Below are positions 1 through 12,610 of a stretch of DNA of 64,000 nucleotides, piece after piece. A program made the position numbers and the translations under genes. This stretch comes from the human T2T-CHM13v2.0 reference genome, Homo sapiens, in contig CP086569.2 in NCBI GenBank assembly GCA_009914755.4, forward strand, positions 4,192,001-4,256,000, read 5' to 3'. Position 1 is the stretch's first letter; each line of letters starts with the position of its first letter. A model generated the notes under the pieces. It was given only the letters and a program-made list of their open reading frames with translations. It was not told where the DNA came from and did not search any database.

Positions 1-1626
1 ATATATTACTACCACTAATATTTTACTTTTAAAGTTGATTTGGGAGGTTAATTTTGTGGTCTAAAAAACGTATTCTTACATGTTGTAAGCAAAAAGGGCA
101 AGTACTATTATGTCCAAGTTACAAATAATGAAACTAAGTTTCAAATAAGGAAATCAGCCACTTTCTAGTTTAGTACTTTACAGAGCTCCATATATTTATA
201 GCATGTATCGTGACCTTGGTGACACACAGTAGTCACCTGGAAAGCTTTATAAACATTGGTGACTGGGTTTTACTCCCAGAGATCTTGACATAATGAATCT
301 GGGCTTGAAAAGTTTGGAAACCTCCCTAAGTAATTCCAATGTGCATTTAAGGTTGAGAACCCCTGTGTTAGTATTTTTTTAGTGGTTAGTAAATTAATGC
401 TGAATAAACCATTTTTTCTATGACAGCTTGAGTTCTAATTGCGATGCCATACAATTCACCCATTTGAATTGTACAGTCAAGGATTATTAGTATATTTTCA
501 GAAACGTGCAGTCAGCACTATAATTTTCAGTCACTTCACATCTTATTTCCATTCAATCTCCTACCCACCAGCCCCTGGTAACCACTAGTCAGATTTCCTC
601 CTCTATAGGTTTTTTTTTTGTTGTTGTTGTTGTTGTTTTTGCTAGACATCTCATATAAATAAATCATATAATATGTGGTCTGTTGTAACTGGCTTCTTTC
701 ACTTGGTATGTTTTCAAAGTTCAGCCGTGGTTTGGCATGTATCAGTAGATTGTTCCTTTTTATGGCTAAATGATATTTTATTCTATGAATATGCCACATT
801 TTGCTTATTCATTCATCAGTTGATGGACATTTAAGAAGTTTTCACTTTTTGGCTGTTATGTATAATGCTGCTAAAAACATTTATATATAAATTTTCATGT
901 AAACATATGCTTTCAATTTTTTTTAATGTATACCTAGGAGTAGAATTGATGGACCGTATGGTAACCCTATGATTAACCTTTTAAGGAAGTTTTTTTCTAA
1001 AGCAGCTGTGCCATTTTACATTCTCCTTAGAATGCTATAAAGGTTCCCATTTTGCCCCATCCTCACTTATGCTTATAATTATATGTATTTTTTTATTATA
1101 ACCATCCTGGGTGGGTGTGAAGTGGCAGCTCAATGTTAGTTGTTCAACACATATTTGTTGGATGAATGTATCTAGAAAGATTAGAAGTACTGGACTGTTT
1201 CCTTAAAAGATTATTTGCCTTTGATTAAATACCAGAACAGGTAGCTCTTGACTTTCTGATCCTCTCTGGTTTTTCTGACCCATGATGACTTCCATATTTT
1301 TCTTGCCTTTCTCATATTTGAGTTCCAGTGAGGCAACTTCTTTCCATACCATTTGGAAAGCTGATGCAAGAGTCACTTATATGGATTCCTCAAGCTCTCA
1401 CTTCTGCTACTTATGAAAACCTAAACCTAAGCTTCTTGCATTCACTTTTTACTACCTCAGGTTGTATCAGGGAACAGAGAGACTCAATGTGCCTGTAGAA
1501 AGGAGGTGAGAATCATGTCTTTATTTGAGCAAACAATAATGAGACCTGGATGCCATGCTGGCTATTGCAATCCAATCTTTAACCATATAAGTACATATGG
1601 ACGAAACACTTATCTTATAAAGGACA

Positions 1627-2014
<388 letters not shown>

Positions 2015-2155
2015 CTAAACACATATCAGACTTTGATGTTTTCTACTTTTGTTTAAACTTTTATTTTCAATGCAGGTTTGTTATACAAATAAATTGTGTA
2101 CCACAGGGATTTCATGTACATAGCACTTCATTTCCCAGGTAATAGGCACAGTAGC

Positions 2156-2516
2156 TGCATTAGTCCATTTTCACACTGCTATAAATGACTTCCTTGAGAC
2201 TGGGCAGTTTATTAAGAAAAGAGGTTTAATTGACTCACAGTTCTGTATGGCTGAGAAAGCTTCCAAAAATTTACAATCACAGCAGAATGTGAAGGGCAAA
2301 CAAACACCTTCTTCACAAGGCAGCAGGAGACAGAGCAAAGGGGGAAGAGCCCTTTATAAAACCATCAGATCTCTTGAGAACTCACTATCATGAGAACAGT
2401 ATGATGAAAACTGCCCCCATAATCTAATCACCTCCCACCAGCTCTCTCCCTCAATACCTGGGGATTGGAATTCCAGTTGAGATTTGGGTGGGGACACAAA
2501 GCCAAACCATATTCCA
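2156..2516 (-). mobile_element. ERVL-MaLR LTR (THE1/MST-type), antisense
   Basis: Reverse complement of the THE1/MST LTR consensus: TGCATTAGTCCATTTTCACACTGCTATAAA...GAGATTTGGGTGGGGACACAAAGCCAAACCATAT. Confidence 0.75.
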
Positions 2517-2832
2517 CCCCTGGTCCTTCCTAAATCTCATGCTCCTTTCACATTTCAAAATCAATCATGTCTTCCTATCAGTCTCCCCAAAGTCTTAACT
2601 CATTCCAGCATTATCCCAAAAGTCCAAAGCCAAAGTCTCATCTGAGACAAGGAAAGTCCCTTCCGCCTATAAACTGTAAAATCAAAAGCAAGTTTGTTAC
2701 TTCCAAGATACAATGTGGTTACAGGCATTGGATAAATATTCCCATTTTAATTGAAAGAAATTGGCCAAAACAAAGGGGCTAAAGGCCCCATGCAATTCCA
2801 ATCCAAAATCCAGTGGGGCAGTCATTGAATCC
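2517..2832 (-). mobile_element. MaLR internal region (part 1), interrupted by L1 insertion
   Basis: TCCCAAAAGTCCAAAG...CCAAAATCCAGTGGGGCAGTCATTGAATCC matches the antisense THE1/MST internal sequence. It continues after the L1 at 5134. Confidence 0.65.
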
Positions 2833-5133
2833 TTTTCTTCCTTCAACTTTTATTTTATGTTCCAGGATACATGTGCAAGATGTGCAGGTTTGTTACATAG
2901 GTAAACAAGTGCCATGGTAGTTTGCTTCACAGATCCACCTATCACCTTAGTAATAAGCCCAGCATGCATTATCTATTCTTCCTGATGATCTTCCTTCCCC
3001 TACCCTCACTCCCAATAGGCCCCAGTGTGTGTTGTTCCCCCCAATATATCCATGTGTTCTTATCATTCAGCTCCCACTTGTAAGTGAGAATATGCAGTGT
3101 TTGTTTTTTTGTTCCTGCATTAGTTTGCAGTCAATCCATGTCCCTGCAAAGGACATAATCATGTTTCTTATTATGGCCGTATAGTATTCCATGGTGTATA
3201 TGTACCACATTTTTTAAATCCAGTCTATCATTGATGGGCATTAAGGTTGATTCCATGTCTTTGCTATTGTGAATAGTGCTGCAATTGACATACACGTGCA
3301 TGTATCTTTATAATAGAATGATTTATATTCCTTTGGGTATATGCCCAGTAATGGGATTCCTGGGTCAAATGGTACTTCTGCCTTTAGGTTTTTGAGGAAT
3401 TGCCATACTGTCTTCTACAATGGTTGAACTAATTTACACTCTCACCAACGGTGTAAAAATGTTCTTTTTATTCTGCAACTTTGCCAGCATCTGTAGTTTC
3501 TTGACATTTTAATCATTGCCATTCTGACTGGTATGAAATGGTATCTCCTGTGGTTTTGATTTGCATTTCTCTAATGATCAGTAATGTTGAGCTTTTTTTC
3601 ATGTATTTATTGGCCACACAAATGTCTTTTTTTGAGAAGTGTCTGTTCATGTCTGCTCATGTCCTTTGCCCCCTTTTTAATAGGGTTACTTGTTTTTTCT
3701 TCTAAATTTGTTTCAGTTTCTTCTAGACGCTGACTATTAAACCTTTGTCAGATGGATCTATTGAAACAGAATTCTCTCATTCTGTAGGTTGTTTGTTCAC
3801 TCTGATGATAATTTCTTTTTTTGGACAGAACCTCTTTAGTTTAACTATATCCTGTTTGTCAATTTTTGCTTTTGTCACAATTGCTTTTGGCATTTACATA
3901 ACGAAATCTTTGCCACTGCCTATATCCTGAATAGTATTGCCTAGATTTTCTTCTAGACTTTTACAGTTTTGGGTTTTACATTTAAGTCTATAATCCATCT
4001 TTCACTGCTTTTTGTATATGCAGTAAGGAAGGGGTGCAGTTTCAGTTTTCTGCATAGGACTAGTCAGTTTTTCCAGAACCATTTATTAAATAGGGAATCC
4101 TTTCCCAATCCCTTGTTTTCGTTAGGCTTATCAAAGATCAGATGATCGTAGGTATATGATCTTATTTCTGAGTTCTGTATTCTGTTCCATTTCCATGTGT
4201 CTCTTTTTGTACCAGTACCATGACGCTCTGGTTACTGTAACCTTGTAGTATTGTTTGAAGTTGTATAGCATGATGCCTCCAGATTTATACACAAATCAAT
4301 AAATGTGAATTCATTACATAAACAGAACTAAAGGCAAAAACCACATGATTATCTCAATAGATGCAGAAAAAGCCTTTGATAAAATTTAACATCCCTTTAT
4401 GTTAAAATCTCTCAATAAACTAGGTATTGAAGGAACATATCTCCAAATAAAAAAAGCAATATATGACAAGCCCACAGCCAGTATCATACTGAATGGAAAA
4501 CTCTGGAAGCATGACCCTGGAAAACTGGCCCAGGACAAGGATGCCCTCTCTCACCACTCCTATTCAACATAGTATTGGAAGTTCTGGCCAGGGCAACCAG
4601 GCAAGAGAAAGAAATAAAGGGTATTCAAATAGGGATAGAGGAAGTCAAATTATTTTTGTTTGTAAATAACATGATCCTATATCTAGAAAACCCCATCATC
4701 TCAGGCTAAAATCTTCTTAAGCTGATAAGCAACTTCAGCAAAGTCTCAGGATTCAAAATCTATGCAAAAATTGCTAACATTTCTATACTCCAACAACAGG
4801 CAAGTGGAGAGACAAATCATAAATTAACTCTCAGTCACAATTGCTACAAAGAGAATAAAATGTCTAAGAACACAGCTAACAAGGGAAGTGTAGGACCTTT
4901 TCAAGGAGAACTGCAAACCACTGCTCAAGGAATTCAGAGAGAGCACAAATAAATGGGAAAAACATTCCATGCTATGGATAGAAAGAATCAATATCATGAA
5001 AACGGCCATACTGCCCAAAGTAATTTATAGATTTAAGGCTATTTCCATTAAGCTATGATTAACATTCTCCACAGAATTTGAAGAAATTATTTTAAAAGTC
5101 ATATGGAACCAAAAAAAATCCCTAATAGCCATG
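2833..5133 (-). mobile_element. L1 (LINE-1) insertion of about 2.3 kb with twin-priming 5' inversion
   Basis: 2833-4282 is antisense L1 3'UTR plus ORF2 3' end; the poly(A) side sits at 2833 as a T-rich run. 4283-5133 is L1 ORF2 (RT region) in the opposite + orientation. The two segments are contiguous in L1 coordinates, with the junction near ...CAATCCTAAGC / CTGGAGGCATC. Flanked by GCAGTCATTGAAT (2818-2830) and GCATTCATTAAAT (5134-5146). Confidence 0.8.
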
Positions 5134-5546
5134 GCATTCATTAAATATTAAAGCCCCAAAATAATATCATTTGACTCCTTGTCTCACGTCAAGCACATGC
5201 TGATGCGAAGACTGGGTTCCCAAGACCTGGGCAGCTCCACCCCTGTGGCTTTGCAGGGTTCAGCCCCTGTGGCTGTTCTCATGAGCTGACATTGAGTGCC
5301 TGCGGCTTTTCCAGGTGCATGGTGCAAGCTGTTGGTAGATCTACCATTCTGGATTCTGAAGGATAGTTCCCCTCTTCTCACAACTCCACTAGGTAGTGCC
5401 CCAGATGGGACTCTGTGTGGGACCTCTGACCTCACATTTCCTTTCTGCACTGCCCTAACAGATGTGCTCCATGAGGCCTCCACCCCTGGATCAGACCTCT
5501 GCCTAGACATCCAGGCGTTTTCATACATCCTCTGAAATTTAGGTGG
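5134..5546 (-). mobile_element. MaLR internal region (part 2)
   Basis: Continues the internal sequence interrupted at 2832 (…CTCCTTGTCTCACGTCAAGCACATGCTGATGCGAAGA…CATACATCCTCTGAAATTTAGGTGG). Confidence 0.65.
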
Positions 5547-6054
5547 AAAATGGGACTTTTGAGTTGATGCTGGAATTAGTTAAGACATTTTGGGATTATT
5601 GGACATATATTGCATTTAGCTATGTGAGAAGAACATAAGATTTGGGGGGCTAGGAGTAGAGGAATATAGTTTGGATATTTTCCCCTCCAAATCTCATATC
5701 AAAATATGATCTCCAAGTTTGGAGTTGGGCTCTCATGGTAGGTGTTTGGGTCATAAGAGGATTCTTCATGAATGGCTTGATGCCCTCTCTACAGTAAGTG
5801 AGTTCATATTAGATGCGGTTGTTAAAGAGACTGGGATCACCGTATTCTTTCTCCCTTTAATGCCATGTGGCATGCCTGCTCCCCTTTTACCTTCCACCAT
5901 GAGTGTAAGCATCCTAAGGCTCTCACCAGAAGCAAATGTGATCACTATGCTTCTTCTATAGCCTGTAGAACTGTGAGCCAAATAAACTTCTTTTCTTTAT
6001 AAATTACCTAGCCTCAGGTATTTCTTTAGAGCAATGCACAATGGACTAACACAG
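5547..6054 (+). mobile_element. MaLR internal 3' tail plus LTR (MST/THE1-type), sense
   Basis: GACTTTTGAGTTGATGCTGGAATTAGTTAAGA… tail, then an LTR from about 5663 (TGGATATTTTCCCCTCCAAATCTCAT…TTTATAAATTACCTAGCCTCAGGTATTTCTTTAGAGCAATGCACAATGGACTAACACAG). The same tail+LTR unit recurs at 15780-16306. Confidence 0.7.
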
Positions 6055-6373
6055 AAGGGAATGCTGCATCTGGTTTCTCTTGGACATGGCCTTATGCCCC
6101 TTTCCTCTTTACTTATTCTGATCTGTATCCTTTTTCTGTAACAAACAATAACAATAAGAATAACAGCTTCTAATGCAGTGATTCAGAATGTAAAAGTGGA
6201 CTTGGGAACGCCCAACACAAATATTTGAAAATTATAAATATTTGTGGTTAAAACAGATTGACTGAACCAGGTTTTTCACTGTGGTAGAAGAAAAATACAA
6301 ATATAAAATGTGTTAAATCAAGAATGAACCCTGGGGAATGGACTGGTATTAGAGGTATTAGTATAAAATATTT

Positions 6374-6431
6374 CTATCTGTGTATCTGTGTGTCTGTCTA
6401 TTTATCTATCTATGTATCTATCTATCCATCT
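6374..6431. repeat. (TATC/TGTC)n microsatellite
   Basis: TATCTGTGTATCTGTGTGTCTGTCTATTTATCTATCTATGTATCTATCTATCCATCTG. Confidence 0.8.
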
Positions 6432-7755
6432 GAACATATTCATGAAAGTGTATGTGTACATGTACATATGTGTATTAACAGGCATATATTTTCTATCCCT
6501 AGCACTGAGACAACCTAGAAGCAAAGTCATTCCAACAGCAATGGGCACAACTAACACCTAAATTTTGATTTCTAGTACTATTCTATAAGGAACGAGGGTT
6601 CCCTGACAGAAGCATCTGATTTCTGGCCTGCTGCAGTATGGGTCCAAAATAAACTTAGAACATCTTGATAGGTTGGGAATGTGGTACAATGAGAGAGGTT
6701 CTACCTTGAAAAATGTGTCACTGTCAAATCTGGGCAATTTAATACCAAAGTAAGTATAGTAATAAATTATAAACCAGTGGATAAATTATAAAAACCTACG
6801 AGTTCATCCTATTAATAAATAGATACATAAATAGAATATCAAGGAATAACCTATAAATAGAATTAGAAAATTATAATTTTGTAACTATTACAAAAGAGGG
6901 TTCATGCAAAATAGGCACTAATTCTCAGAGAATATTTTGGGTTTTTAAAAATTTTTTTACTTCAATAGCTTCTGGGGTACAAATGCTTTTGGCTACAAAG
7001 ATAGATTATATTGTGGTAAATTCTGAGGTTTTAATGCAACTCTCACCTAAATAGTGTTTATTATACCCAATATGTAGTCTTTTATCCCTCAAATCTCTTC
7101 CTCTCTCCCACGTCTGTGTCTCCAAAGCTCATTATATCACTGTGTATGCCTTTGCATTCTCATAGCTTAGCTCACACTTATAAGGGAGAACATATAGTAC
7201 TTGGCCTACCAAATTTCACTCAGAATAGTGGCCTCCAGCTCCATCAAAGCTGCTGCAAAAGACAATATTTTTCTTTTTATGGCTGAGTAGTATTCCATAG
7301 TGTAAATATACCCCATTTTTTAAAATCCACTAATTGGTTGATGAACACTTAGATTGGTTTTATATCTTTGCAATTGTAAATTGTGCTGCAATAAACATTC
7401 TTGTGCATGTGGCTTTTTCATATGATGACTTATTTTCCTTTGGGTAGATACCAAGTAGTAAGAATCCTGGATTGAATGGTAGATCTACTTTTAGTTCTTT
7501 AAAGAATCTTTACACTGTTTTCGATAGTTTGTACTAATGTACATTCCCACCAGCAGTTTAGAAGAATACCCCTTTCACCACATCCATGCCAACATCTTTT
7601 TTTCTTTCAACTTTTTAATAATGATCATTCTTACAGGAATATGGTGGTATTTTATTGTGGTTTTAATTTGCATTTCCCTGATAATTAATGATGCTGAGCA
7701 TTTTTTATATGTTTGTTTTCCACTTGGTTATCTTTTGAGAAATGTTTATTCATGT

Positions 7756-8192
7756 TGTGAAAGGAAAATAAATCTTGGGACCCCAAATTACTACAGTAAA
7801 GGGAAAAGTCAAGCTGGAAGCTGCTTAAAGAAAACCTGACTCCCATTCTATTCAAAGTCATCCCTCTGCTCACTGAGATAAATGCATTATCTGATTGCCT
7901 TCTTTGGAAAGGCTAAACAAAAACTCAAAAAAAAAAAAAATGCAACCACTTGTTTCTCACCTACTAATGACCTGGAAATCTCCTTCATGCTTTGAGTTGT
8001 CTCTCCTGAACCAACATACAACTTACACATATTGATTGATGTCTCATCAAAAATGTATAAAACCCATCCGTGCCCTCATCACCTTCGGCAATTCTCCTCA
8101 CAACCTCCTGAGGCTGCATCATGGGCATGCATCCTTAATTTTGGCAAAATAAACTTTGTAAGTTGACTGAGACCTGTCTCACATATTTTCAG
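7756..8192 (+). mobile_element. ERV LTR (family not assigned), 5' LTR of composite
   Basis: TGTGAAAGGAAAATAAATCTTGGG…AATAAACTTTGTAAGTTGACTGAGACCTGTCTCACATATTTTCAG. Contains an AATAAA signal near its 3' end. A homologous copy lies at 11817-12261 and a related partial copy at the window end. Confidence 0.65.
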
Positions 8193-8200
8193 TTTGTATT

Positions 8201-8218
8201 TGGTGACCAACGGAAGGA
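8201..8218 (+). other. Primer-binding-site-like motif (closest to a tRNA-Arg-type PBS)
   Basis: TGGTGACCAACGGAAGGA follows the LTR end …TTTTCAG TTTGTATT. It resembles a TGGCGACCACGAAGGGA-type PBS, but that comparison is from memory. Confidence 0.35.
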
Positions 8219-11200
8219 ACTCTGAGTGGAGGTGGTCCTGACCTTTGACAAATCTCTTATGGGGGCTTGGTACCAGCTTGAGCTATCTTTATGGCTCAAA
8301 CCTATAAGACAATTTGCTGAGGCTTGGAAGCTACCCTCCCTCCAGAGGACCTCTAGTCTCCCAAAATTTGCTTGAAATCGACAGTTTATTTTGCTGTATA
8401 TCTCCTTCTCTGGAGTTTTACTTGCTTCCAACAATGAAGGCAAGATTTCCTGCTTCCATGAGGATGCAAAGCAGATAACTCTTTTCTGGAGTTTGAGCTC
8501 ACTTCTAAAAGGGAAGGCAAGTTGGAGGTTATTTTTTCTGCTTCTAGGATGGTAGAGAGCAGTCCTCAGCCTGAGACGCATCCCCATGTAAGTAGCTTAG
8601 TTGGGGTTTGGTCTCAGCTAAAGTTAAGATTAACAACCAGCTGGTCTTAATTTCTCATTACCATTACAGTGCTCAATCATTTCTTTGTTTTGCTTAACTG
8701 CTTTTTTTGTTGTTGTTGTTGTTACCTGTTTGTTTCTGTTTTGGTTGTTGTTTTCAGTCTTTTTCCCATTGGGTTTTACCAGCTCTATCTGACTTTATCA
8801 AATCTGAAGGAAAGTTCCAAATTATTGGGAAGAAGACATCTGAAGTGGCTAAATTTCTGCCAAAAAAAAAAAAAAAAAAAAAGTGGGGTGTGGAGGAAAA
8901 CGGCCAGCAAAAGAAATAAGGGAAGATTTATATTATGACTACTTAAGGGGCTTTATTTACATAACAAGGCCACCTTTTTGCTAGCCAAGCCAAACTGAAA
9001 GAGCAATGGCTGTTGCCCCATGCTGCAGTTCCATAGCTAAGGTTCTGGTTGCCCTTTTTTTTTTTTTTTGTCCACCAGGACAGCCTGTCTTGGTTCCTAA
9101 ATCAAGCCCTTTCTAGTTTGATACTCGTTACTTTTAAAATATTAGCAATTCGTTCTAGCTAAAATATAGCAAATAGATTTAAAAACATTTTTTAAAGGAA
9201 CGCAATGGTTAAAAGCCAGCTTAAAGTTAACATCCAAGATGTGTCTGTGTATGGGTGCATGTGTGTGTTTGTATTAAAAGGTCTTCATTTTTTTTCTTTT
9301 TCTCTCCTTGGACCTTGTCTTTTTTTTTGGAACAAAAGTTTTTTTCTTCTCAGCTGACTGAATTATGTTTCTCCATTTACTTCTGCTGTCTCTCCTTTCT
9401 CTTGCCACCCTCTGCTGCATGAGGGACCTAAAATAGTTTATAATAGCCTGGAATTTCTTAAAGAAAAAAAAAATGGGGGGAGATTGTGCCAGACTCCCTT
9501 TTGGGGCGTAACCTCTGTTTTTCTTTATGGTACTCCAAGTGTGTAAACAGACAAGTTTGGCTCAGATATTAAACTGCTTGTGTTAGCTGATTTTTGACTA
9601 AAATAGTTATTACAACAGAAGCTATTCTTGAGTTTTTAAAGAAGAGTGTAGTTTAGACACTTAAAAGTTTTTGTTTAAAATAATTTTTTTCAGTGCACTG
9701 TAAAAGCAACATGTGGTCTACCCTCATAATAATTCTCCCTTTTTGGAGCCCCAGGATTCAATGTGGGCTCTGCCTAGAGCTTAGGGATCCAATGAAAAGA
9801 TAGATAGTCCCTATCTAAAAACAAATGGGTCTCCTTATACAATCCTATATTTCTATAATTTCATGTTTGATTTGGCATCTATCTTTAATCTTTCTCTAGC
9901 ACCACAAGACTCTCTCTGTACTTTGAGATGTAAATTTTGCTATCTGATTTTTCACCAAAGAGTTCCTTTAATATGAACATTTAGGGCTATCTAGCTGACA
10001 ATTGCCTAGGGCAATAAAATAGGTTATCAAAAAATTGGAAATCTAAAATAGGAGAAAAAATAGAGGTCTAAATTTATAAGATCTACTTCTATCTACATGT
10101 CTAATACATCTGTGCATTTATGTGTCATGTATATGATGTTTCATACTAAAAATGTATAAAGAAGTTCTAATTAATTTGCTTACAAAAGCTTAAATCAAAT
10201 ACTTTGTCAGAAAAATAGAGGCTTTGAGCCTAATGCTTTTTAAAGTTCACATGACTTAAGTAAATCTTTATTAAATAAGCTGGTTTTTAGAATTTTTAAT
10301 GAAATAGAATTAGAAATGGCTTCAGAATTGTCAATGCACATTATTTATCTCTGCTATATATCAAAATTTGTCATGAGGTTTATAAAGCTATAAATGCAGC
10401 TCAAAAGAAAATTATACTTGTTTATGTAAAATTTAATAAATAACAGTTAATACTGTTTGGTTAATGAAAATAGCTAAATCCGGAGTTAACGGCAAAAAAA
10501 ATTATCTAAACTTAAATTTATTACTGAGGAAAACCTGAAATTCACAGGTTATAAACATAGACAACAAGGAAATAACTTTAAATAATTATCCCAGTTTTCA
10601 TAAGTAATCTGGGTAAACTATTTTTAAAAACTAATTAATTAGGTAAATGTAATGGAATAAATGCTTTTAGATAATCTTGCCTTATAATTTAAAATCTAAA
10701 GTTACATTAAGATAAATAATAGATATTCATTCAATGTCTAGGCCATTTGTATTTTTATGTAACAGAACACAGTTGGAGAAACTGGTTATTTTACCAAGGT
10801 TTTGACTGGAATAGAGTGCTTTCTTCTAAGGAATCAAACTTGACTTATAGAGCCAATAAAAGCCCCTTGAGAAATCTGGCCTTATACCTTGTCTACACAG
10901 TCCCTGTACAGGGCTCCTTATCTGTACTAAGTAAAGAATGTCACTTTCTGACAGGCCTGGGAGCTCCAAATTATCTTGGGATCTCAAGAGCAGAGGAATT
11001 TACCCGACTCATAGGTATTTGATGTTACAAAGCCATGGCTTGGCTCGACTTTAAAAAAGTTTTATCTGAGATTTCTTCTATGGAACGAAGTTTCATCAAA
11101 GCCAATTTTTAAAAAGCCCATTTAAAAAATAATTATTCTTCCTGCACTTTTCTATAATCAGACCAAGTATAATAAAGCAAGTAAAATAGAATTGAAAAAT

Positions 11201-11738
11201 GGGAAACTGAAGAGAGAAAAATTATGTTTCAAAAACTATAGCAAACTTGTTAGATTCTAGTCTTGCCTAATGTTTTTACATTTTTATTATTTTGTACAGT
11301 TTGGACTGAATTCTAATTTTTCCTGGCTATAAGTCTCCAAAATAACATTTTTATATTTTTTCCTTCTTTCTTTTCTTTTCCCTCAATTTTTTTCTAATTT
11401 GAAATCATTGAATATTAAGCTGTGCTTTCTTAAATCCCTGCAAACAGAAGCCATACAACTTAAACTGCAGAAGAAAATAACAGCAACCTATTTACATGTA
11501 TAAGCCACTTTTATACCTACCTACTAATGTATGGCAGAGTAATATGGCCTATATCAACTTTCCAGGATTTCTATTTTTTGTTCATTTTTTTTTCTCTCTT
11601 TCTCCCTCTATTATCTCTTCCTAGAACATTGGACTTCACAACCTGCTAAAAATGAGTTTGTCTAATAACATGGGACCTACCCATCTAGAAATAAACCACC
11701 CTGGCCATGAGAAATAAGAGGAAACCTGAGACCAGAGA

Positions 11739-11739
<1 letters not shown>

Positions 11740-11783
<44 letters not shown>
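11740..11783 (+). repeat. Uninterrupted poly(A) tract of about 44 nt
   Basis: GAGACC then A x44 then GATTTCT. An AATAAA sits at 11691-11696. Confidence 0.9.
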
Positions 11784-11785
<2 letters not shown>

Positions 11786-11816
11786 TTTCTCTGAAACACT
11801 TTATAAAGGGGAGAAA

Positions 11817-12261
11817 TATAAAAGGAAAATGAATCTTGGGCCTCAAAATAACTACACTAAAGGGAAAAGTCAGACTGGAAACTGCTTAGGGCAAATCTGA
11901 CTCCCATTCTATACAAAGTCACCCCTCTGCTCACTGAGATAAATGCATATCTGATTGCCTCCTTTGGAAAGGCTAATCAGGAAATCAAAGAAATGCAACT
12001 GTTTGTCCTTCACCCACTTATGACCTGGAAACCCCAGCCCTGCTTTGAGTTGTTCCACCTTTCTGGGCTGAACCAATGTACAACTTATATATGTTGATTG
12101 ATGTCTTATGTCTCCCTAAAAATGTATAAAACCAAGTTGTGCTCTTATCACCTTGGGCACATGTCACTGGGACCTCCTGAGGCTGTGTCATGGGCACATG
12201 TCCTTAACTTTGGCAAAAGAAACTTTCCAAATTGACTGAGAACTGTCTCAGATATTTTGAG
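11817..12261 (+). mobile_element. ERV LTR, 3' LTR of composite (same family as 7756-8192)
   Basis: TATAAAAGGAAAATGAATCTTGGGCCTCAAAATAACTACACTAAAGGGAAAAGTCAGACTGG…GACTGAGAACTGTCTCAGATATTTTGAG, colinear with the 5' LTR. Confidence 0.65.
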
Positions 12262-12610
12262 TTCACAATGTCAATTGCCAACTTTTTAACGGCATTATTT
12301 GTTTTTTTCTTGCTAATTTGTTAAAGTTTCTTGTAGATTCTGGACACTAGTTCTTTGTTTACCATATAGTTTGCAAATATTTTCTCCCATTCTGTGTGTT
12401 GTCTGTTTTTTTCTGATGATAATTTCTTTGGCTTTGCAGAAGCTTTTTAATTAAATTTGGTCCCACGTATTTATTTTTGTTTTTGTTGCATTTGCTTTCA
12501 GGGGCTGATATGGTTTGAGTCTGTGTTCCCACCAAATCTCATGTCAAATTGTAATCTCCAGTGTTGGAGGCATGAATGGATTAACATCACCCTTTCAGTG
12601 CTACTCTTGT

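Larger units (their letters stand above)
7756..12261 (+). mobile_element. Non-autonomous LTR retroelement (LTR-PBS-noncoding internal-PPT-LTR), nested in old L1
   Basis: Two same-orientation LTRs of one family at 7756-8192 and 11817-12261, roughly 80% identical. A PBS-like TGGTGACCAACGGAAGGA at 8201-8218 lies 8 nt after the 5' LTR. A purine tract AAAGGGGAGAAA at 11805-11816 abuts the 3' LTR. The flanking L1 sequence is contiguous across the insertion, with a short TTCAT/TTCAC duplication. No gag/pol/env-like ORF appears in the 3.6-kb internal part. Confidence 0.6.

Noticed and set aside
8862-9072. A(21) and T(17) homopolymers about 190 bp apart, considered as possible tails or TSD markers of a small retroposon
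   Set aside because: No recognisable SINE or retrogene body lies between or beside them and no matching direct repeats were found.
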